Origin: Nitrospirota bacterium
GTDB taxonomy: Bacteria > Nitrospirota > Nitrospiria > 2-01-FULL-66-17
Assembly (NCBI GenBank): GCA_040757335.1
Contig: JBFLXB010000012.1
Location: 15,246 to 79,245 of the forward strand
Length of the DNA: 64,000 bases
Direction of reading: 5' to 3'
Below, piece after piece: positions 40,910 to 49,675 of the stretch; the stretch's first letter is position 1; every line of letters begins with the position of its first letter. The translations under genes were made by a program, and so were the position numbers. The notes beneath the pieces are model-generated. The model was not told the origin of the DNA. It saw only the letters and a program-made list of their open reading frames with translations, and did no database searches.

Positions 40910-42073
40910 ATGAAGATTGCGATCGATGTGCACAAGATTGCGGGGCGGCGCAGCGGGATCGGGCAGTACACGGATCACATCGTTGGCTGCCTGGTCAAGC
41001 AGCACCAGGGTCATCGGTACTTTCTGTGCCATTACGGATTGCACCCTTCTGCAGTGGGTCGCTGGATACAGGGTGGGGATGTTGCGGCCTGGGAACATGC
41101 GCGTGCGCGTGGGTTCACCGGGGTCGGATTTCCCTTTCGGAAAGTGGCAAGGATGTATTCATCCGCCTGCACGAGGGTTGTGATGCGGCGCACCCCGGTG
41201 GACCTGTTTTGGGGACCGAACTACCGCACGTTGGTTGGCCCGGCATTCAAGACCGCCGTGACGATCCACGACATGGCCCATCACCACTATCCGCAGTATT
41301 TCCCCCGGTCTGTCCTGTTCTACCTGAAGCATCGGCTGCGAGGGGTGGCCGCTCGCTCTCACCTGATTCTGACCGACTCCGAGCACTCTCGCCGCGATAT
41401 CGTCAATTATCTGGGTCAGAAACCTGAAAAGGTTGTGGTCGCCTATCCCGGGGTCGACCGGAGTTTCCGCCCTCTATCCGATCCCGAGACACAAGCCGCA
41501 GTCAGGACTCGGTATCACCTCCCGGAGCGGTTCCTGCTGTTTCTCGGCACGCTGGAGCCGCGGAAGAACCTCGTGGGGTTGCTCAAGGCGTTCGCGCGAG
41601 CGCGCGAGCGGGGCCTCGACGCACCGCTCGTGCTCGCCGGCGATCCCGGCTGGATGTACCGCGACGTGTTTCGGACGATTCGGAGTGAGGGACTTGAGAA
41701 AGCTGTGATCACTACTGGCTATGTCCGGGACGAGGACCGCCCGGCGCTGTATTCGATGGCCGAGGTGTTCGTCTACCCCAGTTTCTACGAGGGGTTTGGG
41801 CTGCCGGTCCTCGAGGCCATGGCGTGCGGGACCCCGGTCATCACCTCGCGGGTCTCCTCGCTTCCCGAGGTCGGCGGCGAGGCGGTCAGGTACGTCGATC
41901 CGATGTCGACCGGCGACATCGCGTCGGCAATTCTGGAATTGTGGCAGAGCGACTCGCTGCGTCAGACGCTCCGTGAACGAGGATTGAAACAGGCCGCAGG
42001 GTTCACTTGGGATGCGTGCGCCCGGACGATCCTGAGTGCCTTTGAGGGCGTGGTCTACGGAGTCGTGCGATGA
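40910..42073 (+). CDS. Glycosyltransferase family 4.
   Basis: C-terminal GT4 signature FLGTLEPRKN...PSFYEGFGLPVLEAMACGTPVITS. Confidence 0.8.
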   Translation: MKIAIDVHKIAGRRSGIGQYTDHIVGCLVKQHQGHRYFLCHYGLHPSAVGRWIQGGDVAAWEHARARGFTGVGFPFRKVARMYSSACTRVVMRRTPVDLFWGPNYRTLVGPAFKTAVTIHDMAHHHYPQYFPRSVLFYLKHRLRGVAARSHLILTDSEHSRRDIVNYLGQKPEKVVVAYPGVDRSFRPLSDPETQAAVRTRYHLPERFLLFLGTLEPRKNLVGLLKAFARARERGLDAPLVLAGDPGWMYRDVFRTIRSEGLEKAVITTGYVRDEDRPALYSMAEVFVYPSFYEGFGLPVLEAMACGTPVITSRVSSLPEVGGEAVRYVDPMSTGDIASAILELWQSDSLRQTLRERGLKQAAGFTWDACARTILSAFEGVVYGVVR

Positions 42074-42188
42074 GCCGACCCTCGGTTCTCGGTGAATTGA
42101 GAAATCCCGTTTGGGATGCTACGCTCAAGGCGTTCGTTGGGCGCTGAGTCTTGTTCGGTTGCGTCGGTGAGTATGGAGGTCGTGGACG

Positions 42189-43151
42189 ATGCGTGATTTG
42201 GTCGCCAAACGAGTGTTGGTAACAGGCGGGGCGGGCTTCATCGGCTCGCACTTGTGCGCGCGGTTGCTGGCCGACGGCGCCGAGGTGTTGTGCGCGGACA
42301 ACTTCTATACCGGCCGCCGCGCGAACGTTGCGCACTTGCTCGACAACCCGCGATTCGAACTCGTCCGCCACGACGTTTGCTTCCCGCTCTACGTCGAGGT
42401 GGACGAGATCTACAACCTGGCGTGTCCGGCGTCACCGATCCACTATCAGCACGACCCGGTGCAGACCACCAAGACCTCGGTCCACGGCATGATCAATATG
42501 CTCGGCCTGGCCAAGCGCGTGAAGGCCAAGATTCTCCAGGCGTCCACGTCCGAGGTCTACGGCGACCCTGATATCCATCCGCAGACCGAGGGTTACTGGG
42601 GGCGCGTGAACCCGATCGGGCTGCGGGCGTGTTACGACGAGGGCAAGCGGTGCGCCGAGACATTGTGCTTCGACTACTATCGCCAGCACCGGCTGCGGAT
42701 CAAAGTGGCCAGAATCTTCAATACCTATGGTCCCAGGATGCATCCTCACGACGGGCGCGTGGTGTCCAATTTCATCATGCAGGTGCTGGAAGGACGTGAC
42801 GTGACGGTCTACGGGAACGGGAGCCAATCACGGAGCTTCTGCTACGTGGACGACCTCGTCGAAGGACTGATCCGCCTGATGGCGAGCCCCGATGACGTCG
42901 TCGGTCCGATCAATCTCGGGAATCCGAACGAATTCACCATGCTGCAACTCGCGGAGCGGGTGATCGCGCTCACGGGCGCAAAGGCTAAGATCGTGTTCCA
43001 GCCCCTGCCTGCCGACGATCCCAAGCAGCGGTGCCCGGATATCTCCGTGGCCAAGCACATGTTGGGGTGGGAGCCGACTGTGGGACTCGATGCGGGACTT
43101 CGCCAAACCATTGCCTACTTCACAGAACTGCTGAAGGCGGGTGGTCGGTGA
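42189..43151 (+). CDS. UDP-glucuronate decarboxylase (UDP-xylose synthase).
   Basis: Near-colinear with the UXS consensus: [14 protein letters not shown]...[11 protein letters not shown]..., [41 protein letters not shown]. Confidence 0.85.
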   Translation: MRDLVAKRVLVTGGAGFIGSHLCARLLADGAEVLCADNFYTGRRANVAHLLDNPRFELVRHDVCFPLYVEVDEIYNLACPASPIHYQHDPVQTTKTSVHGMINMLGLAKRVKAKILQASTSEVYGDPDIHPQTEGYWGRVNPIGLRACYDEGKRCAETLCFDYYRQHRLRIKVARIFNTYGPRMHPHDGRVVSNFIMQVLEGRDVTVYGNGSQSRSFCYVDDLVEGLIRLMASPDDVVGPINLGNPNEFTMLQLAERVIALTGAKAKIVFQPLPADDPKQRCPDISVAKHMLGWEPTVGLDAGLRQTIAYFTELLKAGGR

Positions 43152-43293
43152 AGGGGTTGTATCGCAAGGCCCGCGCGGGCGAGATCAAGCAGTTCACGGG
43201 CGTGAGCGATCCCTACGAAGAGCCCTTCGAGGAAGGTCATCCGGAAGCTGGAGGAACTGGGCTGGCTGGGACGGTAACGCTTGGCTGACGGGA

Positions 43294-43689
43294 TCATGGT
43301 GTCGCGTGAGGCGACAGGGGAATGCCCAAGCGCGTGGCAGCCGCGGCGAGTCGCTCGTCGTAGCTGGCGAGCGAGATGTTCGCGCGCTGATTGCGCAGGA
43401 AGACCATGGATGCCAGGTGCAGGGCGTCGAGCGTCCGAACGACGAACGGATACGGTTCGAGGGCTCTGGCCAGAACCGGGGGAGCCAGTTCAAGGAATGC
43501 GATCCGACTCAGGAGGTTTCTGGCGTGGTCGCCGTGGGATTGGCCCAGATGTTTGGCGTGGATGCGGGTCCAGACTTCGTATTCCAACAGCCGACTGGAC
43601 ACCAGTGGTTCGCGCCACAAGGCCTCGGGGGGGTAGCGGTCTTCGGCCAGAATCTGCGCGAGGGCAACGGACGTGTCGAGGTAAATCAA
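43294..43689 (-). CDS. vapC: PIN-domain toxin VapC.
   Basis: The TTG start (TTGA overlap with the antitoxin stop) gives MIYLDTSVALAQ..., the classic VapC N-terminus with the first acidic residue. D..T...LAS and other PIN acidic residues are present. The ORF-track N-extension is rejected. Confidence 0.7.
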   Translation of the reverse strand: MIYLDTSVALAQILAEDRYPPEALWREPLVSSRLLEYEVWTRIHAKHLGQSHGDHARNLLSRIAFLELAPPVLARALEPYPFVVRTLDALHLASMVFLRNQRANISLASYDERLAAAATRLGIPLSPHATP

Positions 43690-43976
43690 CGGTCTCTGCG
43701 GTCTTCCGCGAGTTCGTCGAGCAGTTCGCGAAGCGGCGCCACGGGCGCCCGAGGCGGGGGGCCTTCCGCGACCAGCGTCGGCGCCGTCAACCATCCCTTT
43801 CGTACGGCGTCGGCCAACAGGGCGTCGGTGAGTAACTCGCTTCTGCCGGGTCGCGGCGGGACCAACTCTGCGACCACGCGATCCCGATCGGTCACGAGGA
43901 TCTCTTCACCACCAGCCGCCAGACGGACGTATTCGCTCAGTCGATTTTTGAGGACCTTGAGCCCGACGGCACGCAT
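43686..43976 (-). CDS. vapB: Phd/YefM-type antitoxin (VapB).
   Basis: MRAVGLKVLKNRLSEYVRLAAGGEEILVTDRDRVVAELVP matches the Phd/YefM N-terminal fold motif. 4-nt overlap with vapC. Confidence 0.65.
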   Translation of the reverse strand: MRAVGLKVLKNRLSEYVRLAAGGEEILVTDRDRVVAELVPPRPGRSELLTDALLADAVRKGWLTAPTLVAEGPPPRAPVAPLRELLDELAEDRRDR

Positions 43977-44066
43977 GCGTATAAAGTAGCGTCCGGAAGC
44001 TACCAATGTCAAGTGCGCGGTTTTCCGTCATGAATACTCGGTGATGCCGTTGGTAGCCTGACCGCG

Positions 44067-45281
44067 ATGCGCATCCTGATCGTCTCCATGTCGTTCCCGC
44101 TGCCTCCCAAATCCGGGGGGCGGCTGCGCGTGTTCAACCTGCTCAAACACCTCGCTTCGCGCCATCGCGTCACGCTGCTCACGCTCGCGGACTCGGCCGA
44201 GGACGTGGCCACACATATCCCGGACCTGGAGCGGCTGGGCGCTCGGGTCATCGTGGTTCCGTGGCGCCCCGGACCCGGGGCCTTGGCTGGACGGGTCATC
44301 CGGAACGCCGCCTGGCTCGGGGTCCTGCCGCTCAGTGTGCTCAACAAGCGCAGCCCGGCGCTTGCCAAGGCGCTGCACGAGCTGCTGCAACGCGAGTCGT
44401 TCGACGTGGTGCAGATCGAGTGGATCCAGATGGCCCAACACGTCCACGACAGTGACTGGCCGCTGCTCGCGCGGCGGGGGGTGCTGGTCGAGCACGACGT
44501 GGCCTGGCTGCCGTTGCAGCGCCGGGTCGCTGTGGCACGGGGGATCGGGCGGTGGTTCTGGGCCCGCGAAGCGCGTTTGATGCGCGCCTATGAAGAGGCG
44601 GTGTGGCGGCGGTTTGCGGCTGTTGTGACCATGTCTGACCAAGACGCCCAACACGTGCGGCCGGTCACGGATCGGGTGAACGTGGTGCCCAACGGCGTGG
44701 ACGTGGCGCACTACGCGGAGTGCGTGGAGGCGAAAAGGGACGACCGGACTCTGTTGTTCGTGGGCTGGTTTCGGCACGATCCCAACGTGGACGCGCTGCG
44801 GTATTTCTTGGAGTCAATCTACCCCCGCCTCGCCGAGCGCCATCCCGACGTCACATTGCGGGTCGTAGGCAGCCACCTGCCGCGCGCCGTCGAACGGTTG
44901 GCCTCGCGTCGGCCGTCGGTCGAGTTGTCCGGATACGTCGAGGACGTGCGACCGGTGCTGGCGCGGGCCGCGGTGAGCGTGGTCCCGCTGCGCGTGGGCG
45001 GAGGGACCCGGCTGAAGATCCTGGAGTCCATGGCCGCGGGCACGCCGGTCGTGACCACGTCGATCGGGTGTGAGGGGTTGGACGTGGAAGCGGGCCGACA
45101 CCTGCTGGTGGAGGATTCACCGGAGGGGTTCGCCGGGTGCGTCTCGGACCTGCTAACCGACGAAGGCGCACGGCGACGCCTGGCGCGGGAGGCTCGATCA
45201 CTGGTGGAGTCGCAGTACGACTGGTCACGGTCGGCTCAAGAATTGGAGCGAGTGTATGAGGCAGTGTCGGGGAGTGGTTAG
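44067..45281 (+). CDS. Glycosyltransferase family 4.
   Basis: MRILIVSMSFPLPPKSGGRLRVFNLLKHL... N-terminal GT4 domain, and C-terminal ...GGTRLKILESMAAGTPVVTT. Confidence 0.8.
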   Translation: MRILIVSMSFPLPPKSGGRLRVFNLLKHLASRHRVTLLTLADSAEDVATHIPDLERLGARVIVVPWRPGPGALAGRVIRNAAWLGVLPLSVLNKRSPALAKALHELLQRESFDVVQIEWIQMAQHVHDSDWPLLARRGVLVEHDVAWLPLQRRVAVARGIGRWFWAREARLMRAYEEAVWRRFAAVVTMSDQDAQHVRPVTDRVNVVPNGVDVAHYAECVEAKRDDRTLLFVGWFRHDPNVDALRYFLESIYPRLAERHPDVTLRVVGSHLPRAVERLASRRPSVELSGYVEDVRPVLARAAVSVVPLRVGGGTRLKILESMAAGTPVVTTSIGCEGLDVEAGRHLLVEDSPEGFAGCVSDLLTDEGARRRLAREARSLVESQYDWSRSAQELERVYEAVSGSG

Positions 45282-45323
45282 CCGGTTTACCGGTCCGCCG
45301 GTTCGCCGGTTCGCCGGTTCAGG
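45282..45323. repeat. Imperfect 8-bp tandem repeat (CCGGTTCG-like, about 5 units).
   Basis: CCGGTTTACCGGTCCGCCGGTTCGCCGGTTCGCCGGTTCAGG directly after the GT4 stop. Confidence 0.5.
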
Positions 45324-45409
45324 AGCATCGAGCACCCCAGTGTGTCCCTCTTTAACCGGCCAACCGGTCCGTTTGATTTTTATTGGTCGATAGATTAGCC
45401 TTCACCACC

Positions 45410-46309
45410 ATGCACGATCGGGATACACGTCCGGGGGCGTCGCTCATCATCCCGGTGCACAACGAGGCGATGAACATCGCGGACCTGGTCAAGCGCGCCC
45501 GGGCCGCGCTCGCGCCCGACGATGAAGTCCTGGTGGTGGACGACGGCTCGACCGACAACAGCGGGCAGTTGGCGCGCGACGCCGGGGCACGAGTTGTCAG
45601 CCACCCCTACCGGATGGGCAACGGCGCCGCGATCAAGACGGGGATCCGTCAAGCCCGCGGCGGCGTCCTGGTGATGATGGACGGGGACGGCCAGCACAAC
45701 CCCGCCGACATCCCGCGCCTGCTGGCCCAAATCGGGCCCTACGACATGGTGGTAGGCGCGCGCGCCGGCGAGTCCCAGAGCGACGTGCACCGCTGGCTCG
45801 GGAACCGATTCTACAACGTGTTCGCCTCCTACCTCACCGGCCGAAAGATTCTGGATACCACGTCGGGGTTCCGGGCGATCAAGGCGGGCTTGGCCAAGCG
45901 ATTCGTGTATCTGTTGCCGAATGCGTTCTCGTATCCGACCACGCTGACCATGGCCACGATCCGCGCGGGTCACAGCGTCACGTTCGTGCCCATCGTGACC
46001 GCACGGCGCAAGGGCGAGAGCAAATTGCACCCCATCCGCGACGGATTCCGGTTTTTGGTCATCATGTTCAAGATCTCCACGCTCTATTCCCCGATCAAAG
46101 TGTTCCTGCCCGTCAGCGCCGTATTTTTCCTGACCGGCTTGTGTTATTACTTCTACACCTTCCTCGAATTCCGCCGCTTTACCAACATGTCCGCCCTGCT
46201 GTTCATCAACGCGGTGATCATCTTCCTGATGGGCCTGGTGTCGGAGCAGATCGCGCAGATGCGGTTTGAGCATAGCGAACGCATGGACCAGCACGACTCG
46301 GAACCGTGA
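45410..46309 (+). CDS. GT2 polyprenyl-phosphate glycosyltransferase (DPM1/GtrB/ArnC-like).
   Basis: LIIPVHNEAMNI, VVDDGSTDNS, VMMDGDGQHNP, and two C-terminal TM helices. Confidence 0.8.
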   Translation: MHDRDTRPGASLIIPVHNEAMNIADLVKRARAALAPDDEVLVVDDGSTDNSGQLARDAGARVVSHPYRMGNGAAIKTGIRQARGGVLVMMDGDGQHNPADIPRLLAQIGPYDMVVGARAGESQSDVHRWLGNRFYNVFASYLTGRKILDTTSGFRAIKAGLAKRFVYLLPNAFSYPTTLTMATIRAGHSVTFVPIVTARRKGESKLHPIRDGFRFLVIMFKISTLYSPIKVFLPVSAVFFLTGLCYYFYTFLEFRRFTNMSALLFINAVIIFLMGLVSEQIAQMRFEHSERMDQHDSEP

Positions 46310-46314
46310 GTCAT

Positions 46315-46429
46315 GAAATCCCCCCCTCCCCCCCTTTTTCAAAGGGGGGTAATGGGTAGCCGCTGACCAGAGGTCCTTCAAGGACCGTCAAGTCCCCCCC
46401 CTTTAACAAAGGGGGGAGGGGGGGATTTG
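46315..46429. repeat. Composite inverted repeat built from two inverted copies of the C6/G6 hairpin element, flanking the central palindrome GGTCCTTCAAGGACC.
   Basis: 46315..46349 is GAAATCCCCCCTCCCCCCCTTTTTCAAAGGGGGG. 46394..46429 is its reverse complement (CCCCCCCCTTTAACAAAGGGGGGAGGGGGGGATTTG). The centre is 46372..46386. Confidence 0.7.
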
Positions 46430-46533
46430 CTGACCTTGCCCCGCTTAACGTCTGTTACTTCGGCACCTACTCGTCTGGCGAAGGTTATCCCGTCAATCGC
46501 GTTCTCATCGAAGGGCTGCGGAGGGCCGGGGCC

Positions 46534-47601
46534 GTGGTCTGGGAGTGCCGGGCCTCAATGACGGGGGACGAGGGGCCGGCCGCAGCGGAGCGATGGAAGG
46601 CGGCGCGGGGTCCGCTGGCGTGGCCCTGGCTCGGGGCGCGGTGGGCCTGGGCGTGGGCGCGGTTGATGTTTCGGTTCCTGATCGGTCCTCGTACCGACAT
46701 CGTTATCGTCGGGTATCCGGGCCATGTGGACGTGTTACTCGCGAGCCTCCTCACACGGCGGCCGGTGGTCCTCAACGCCCTCTTGTCTCTGCACGACACC
46801 GTGGTTAACGACCGCAAACTGCTCGCCGAACGGTCTCTCGGCGCCCGTATCCTGCACGCGCTGGACCGGCTCGCGTGCCGCGTCGCGGACCTCGTGCTGT
46901 TGGATACCCAGGCGCACATCGACTACTTCCGCGCGGAGTTCGGGTTGCCCGCGGAGCGGTTTTATCGGGTGTGGGTCGGGTCCGTGCGCGAGGGGCGACT
47001 GGTCGCCCCTCGCGCGTCCGGGACGCCGCATCGCGCATTGTTCGTCGGGACCTTCATTCCGCTCCACGGCGTCGGAGCGATCCTCGATGCCGCGACGCGG
47101 CTCGAACAATCCGACACGCGAGTCACGGTTCGTTTGATCGGGCGCGGGCAGGAGCTTGCGGCCATCGCGGAGCGGATCCGGCAATCACGCCTCTCCGGCG
47201 TCGAGCTGGTCGATAGCTGGATCAGAGGGGAGGATTACGAGCGAGAGCTGGCCGAGGCCGATATATGCCTGGGCATCTTCGGCGCCACGGCCAAGGCGCA
47301 ACGCGTGATCCCCTCCAAGGTCTACGACGCGCTGGCCGCGGGCCGCCCCATCATTACCGCCGACACCCCGGCGATCCGCGAGCTGCTGACCCACGGCCAG
47401 GATGCGTGGCTGTGCCCGGCCCACGACGGCGCCGCGCTGGCCGAGGCTATTCTCACATTGGCCCGAGACGAAACGCTTCGCGGGTGTCTGGCCCGCGGTG
47501 CGCGCCGCACCTACGAGACGCGGTGTTCGCCGGAGGTGATTGGGAGGGACGTGGTGGCGAGATTGGAAGGGCTGGTTAGGGAAAAAGGCGTTATCCGATG
47601 A
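46534..47601 (+). CDS. Glycosyltransferase family 4 with a possibly disrupted 5' end. The conserved N-terminal CYFGTY... segment is in frame upstream of the annotated GTG but has no start codon.
   Basis: C-terminal GT4 motifs are present (...RPIITADTPAIRELLTHGQDAWLCP). In frame, 46441..46533 encodes PLNVCYFGTYSSGEGYPVNRVLIEGLRRAGAVVWEC. The frame runs back through the hairpin repeat to a TAG at 46357, with no ATG/GTG/TTG in between. Confidence 0.6.
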   Translation: MVWECRASMTGDEGPAAAERWKAARGPLAWPWLGARWAWAWARLMFRFLIGPRTDIVIVGYPGHVDVLLASLLTRRPVVLNALLSLHDTVVNDRKLLAERSLGARILHALDRLACRVADLVLLDTQAHIDYFRAEFGLPAERFYRVWVGSVREGRLVAPRASGTPHRALFVGTFIPLHGVGAILDAATRLEQSDTRVTVRLIGRGQELAAIAERIRQSRLSGVELVDSWIRGEDYERELAEADICLGIFGATAKAQRVIPSKVYDALAAGRPIITADTPAIRELLTHGQDAWLCPAHDGAALAEAILTLARDETLRGCLARGARRTYETRCSPEVIGRDVVARLEGLVREKGVIR

Positions 47602-47648
47602 ACGTTGTTCGTTGTCCGGTCAACCGACAACCGACAACGAATTTCGAA

Positions 47649-48137
47649 CTACTTCAACGCCTTGACGTCCTTCAGCACCTGATTGTGGTGATCGTCGACT
47701 TTGACCTTGGGGTAGATCTTGGCGATCTTGCCCTGTTTGTCGATCAGGAACGTGGTGCGCTCGATGCCCCAGTATTCCTTGCCGTACATCTGTTTGAGCT
47801 TGTACACGCCGTACGCTTTGGAGGCGGTTTGGGTCTCATCGCTCAGCAAGGGGAACGACAGGGAGAACTTGTCGCTGAACTTTCGGTGTGAGTTCAGGTT
47901 GTCGAGGCTCACGCCGAGAATCGCCGCGCCCGCTTTTTCATAGTCCTTCGAGGTATCCCGGAACCCGCACGCCTCGACCGTGCATCCCGGCGTGTCGTCT
48001 TTGGGGTAAAAATAGAGCACCACCGCCTGTTTCCCCCGGAACTCCTTGAGCGAGATCGTCTTGCCGGTGCTGGCCGGAAGCGAAAACTCCGGAGCGGAAT
48101 CACCCTCTTTGAGCGGCTGGTCGGTCCGTGTCCCCAT
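47649..48137 (-). CDS. bcp: Thiol peroxidase Bcp (peroxiredoxin, AhpC/TSA family).
   Basis: GAGGAG RBS. LKEGDSAPEFSLPASTGKTISLKEFRGKQAVVLYFYPKDDTPGCTVEACGFRD has the canonical T/PxxC peroxidatic motif. Confidence 0.9.
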   Translation of the reverse strand: MGTRTDQPLKEGDSAPEFSLPASTGKTISLKEFRGKQAVVLYFYPKDDTPGCTVEACGFRDTSKDYEKAGAAILGVSLDNLNSHRKFSDKFSLSFPLLSDETQTASKAYGVYKLKQMYGKEYWGIERTTFLIDKQGKIAKIYPKVKVDDHHNQVLKDVKALK

Positions 48138-48139
48138 GG

Positions 48140-48562
48140 CTATTTCTTCTCCTCTTTGGTCACGGTGACCTTCTTGCTCGCCTCCCAGGCCGCGGAGTGG
48201 TTGGGCGCCTCCAGCGCCCGCAGGGTGGTGGACTCGTCCAGCGCGATGGTGAACGTCACCACCGGGCGGGTGAGCACCGGCGTCAACGTGGCCCGCGCGA
48301 GTTCCACCTCGTCGGCATAGAGCGCGATCCACTGGACCGCGTGCTCCGACAACGAGGGGTGCGGAGCCTTGCCCACCGTGATCGTCACCTTGAAGGGTTC
48401 GCCCGCCTTCACGGCGTCCGGGGCCTCGATGAGGGGAGTGTGCGCGTCGTTGGCCGTCCGGTTGATCTTGCTGTAAGGGCCTTCGGCCCCCGCCGGTTCC
48501 AGCACCGCCGACAGCACCAACGCGCACCACGCGACCACCAGCACTCCCAGCAATCGGATCAT
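48140..48562 (-). CDS. Secreted superoxide-reductase-like protein (desulfoferrodoxin Fe-binding domain fold) lacking the Cys iron ligand.
   Basis: Signal peptide. AHTPLIE...VTITVGKAPHPSLSEHAVQWIALY aligns with SOR KHVPVIE...VGKEIPHPNTTEHHIRYIELY. In place of the C.IHGLWE motif it has PNHSAAWE (no Cys). Confidence 0.55.
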   Translation of the reverse strand: MIRLLGVLVVAWCALVLSAVLEPAGAEGPYSKINRTANDAHTPLIEAPDAVKAGEPFKVTITVGKAPHPSLSEHAVQWIALYADEVELARATLTPVLTRPVVTFTIALDESTTLRALEAPNHSAAWEASKKVTVTKEEKK

Positions 48563-48601
48563 CGCGAAACTCCTTTCCTGGATGAACGGATCAAAGCGAG
48601 T

Positions 48602-49258
48602 TTACGAGTTGACGTTTTTGGTGGACGAGGAATTTCCTGCGAGCGTTTCGATGTTGAATCGGAGGACTTCGACGAGACGTTTGGCTTGTTGGGTGGGGCT
48701 GGCGGCTTCCAGGAAGAGTTGTTTTTCGACGGAGGTGAAGGGCAGTTCGGAGCAACAGATGTTGAGAAAGGCCGGCTCGTGGACGACGCGTTTGAGAAAG
48801 ACCTCGATCTGCGAGGCGCGGCCGATGAGCTTGCCGAACTCTCTCACCAGGCCGTGGAGTTGGCACTTGAGCTCCGAGGGCAGCGGACACGGCTCGTCGC
48901 CTTCGTGAAACGGCTCGACCCAGGCCTGGCGGTACGGCGCGTCGCAGAACTGTTCGCGGACCGTAAAACGCGTGAGGCCGAACAATGTGATGTTGAACCT
49001 CCCGCCGTCCATCTGCTGCACCGCGGTGATTTTCCCCGCGCACCCCACCGAGTGGATCGCCGCGTCGTTGCCGTAATAACGCTCCTCCCACCCGTCCTGG
49101 AGCAGGATCATGCCGATGATCCGCTCGCCGTCCAACGCGTCGCGCACCATGGCGCGGTATCGAGGCTCGAAGATGTGCAGGGGCAACGCGACGTGCGGAA
49201 AGAAGACCAGATCGGGGAGAGGGAACAGCGGAATGACTTTGGGGAGGGCCATCACCAT
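48602..49258 (-). CDS. Lon protease N-terminal (LON substrate-binding) domain protein.
   Basis: VIPLFPLPDLVFFPHVALPLHIFEPRYRAMV...IGMILLQD matches the Lon N-domain. No AAA+ or protease domains. The start could be 49258 or 49252. Confidence 0.7.
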   Translation of the reverse strand: MVMALPKVIPLFPLPDLVFFPHVALPLHIFEPRYRAMVRDALDGERIIGMILLQDGWEERYYGNDAAIHSVGCAGKITAVQQMDGGRFNITLFGLTRFTVREQFCDAPYRQAWVEPFHEGDEPCPLPSELKCQLHGLVREFGKLIGRASQIEVFLKRVVHEPAFLNICCSELPFTSVEKQLFLEAASPTQQAKRLVEVLRFNIETLAGNSSSTKNVNS

Positions 49259-49321
49259 CGTGTCTCCGACGGAGAGTTGGCGGTACTGTACAAATCGCAC
49301 CCAAAAAATGTCAAGCTCATG

Positions 49322-49440
49322 AGCCTGCCGGGAATGGTCATCCGCTGCGTTGCCGCTGCGCATCCGCTGCTCACGTACGACCCAGTACGCTGCGCTGCGG
49401 TGCTCGCGGCGCCTTGCGGCTGACGCATTCCTGGCAGGCT
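49322..49440. mobile_element. MITE-like structured repeat, copy 1 (119 bp). TIRs AGCCTGCCGGGAATGGTCA / GACGCATTCCTGGCAGGCT.
   Basis: Imperfect terminal inverted repeats and an internal CGTAC...GTACG stem. Four related copies lie within 5 kb. Confidence 0.65.
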
Positions 49441-49675
49441 CCGCATTCGCGGTCGAACCTCAGATAAGTTGAATTTTAGCACCTCTTCTCCTATACTCCC
49501 TGCGCCGACGCGGGCAGCCTGAGGACGAAACAGAGAACTCCTGGCGCGGCACGGACAAGAGCTTGCCGACATTGACAGGTTGCTCAAAAAGCTCCAGCCG
49601 CAAGGCCGCAGCGAGGAGGAGACCGGAGCGTACTGGGTCGTACGTGAGGATCTCCGACGAGCGAGAACGCAGCGG

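Noticed and set aside
45282-45323. Short tandem repeats considered as a possible CRISPR or VNTR.
   Set aside because: There are only about five imperfect 8-bp units, with no spacers and no cas genes. It is a simple microsatellite after a stop codon.
46315-46429. The composite GC hairpins as a Rho-independent terminator for the GT2 gene.
   Set aside because: The T-tracts lie inside the loops, not 3' of the stems, and the same element recurs elsewhere. A REP-like repeat is the better description, although it may still pause transcription.
49580-49675. Upstream ATG at 49580 as the start of the ICMT-family gene.
   Set aside because: The first 32 residues are hydrophilic and non-conserved and partly overlap MITE copy 1 flank. 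The internal Met at 49676 or 49709 precedes the first TM helix. This is uncertain, so the gene is reported with a start ambiguity.
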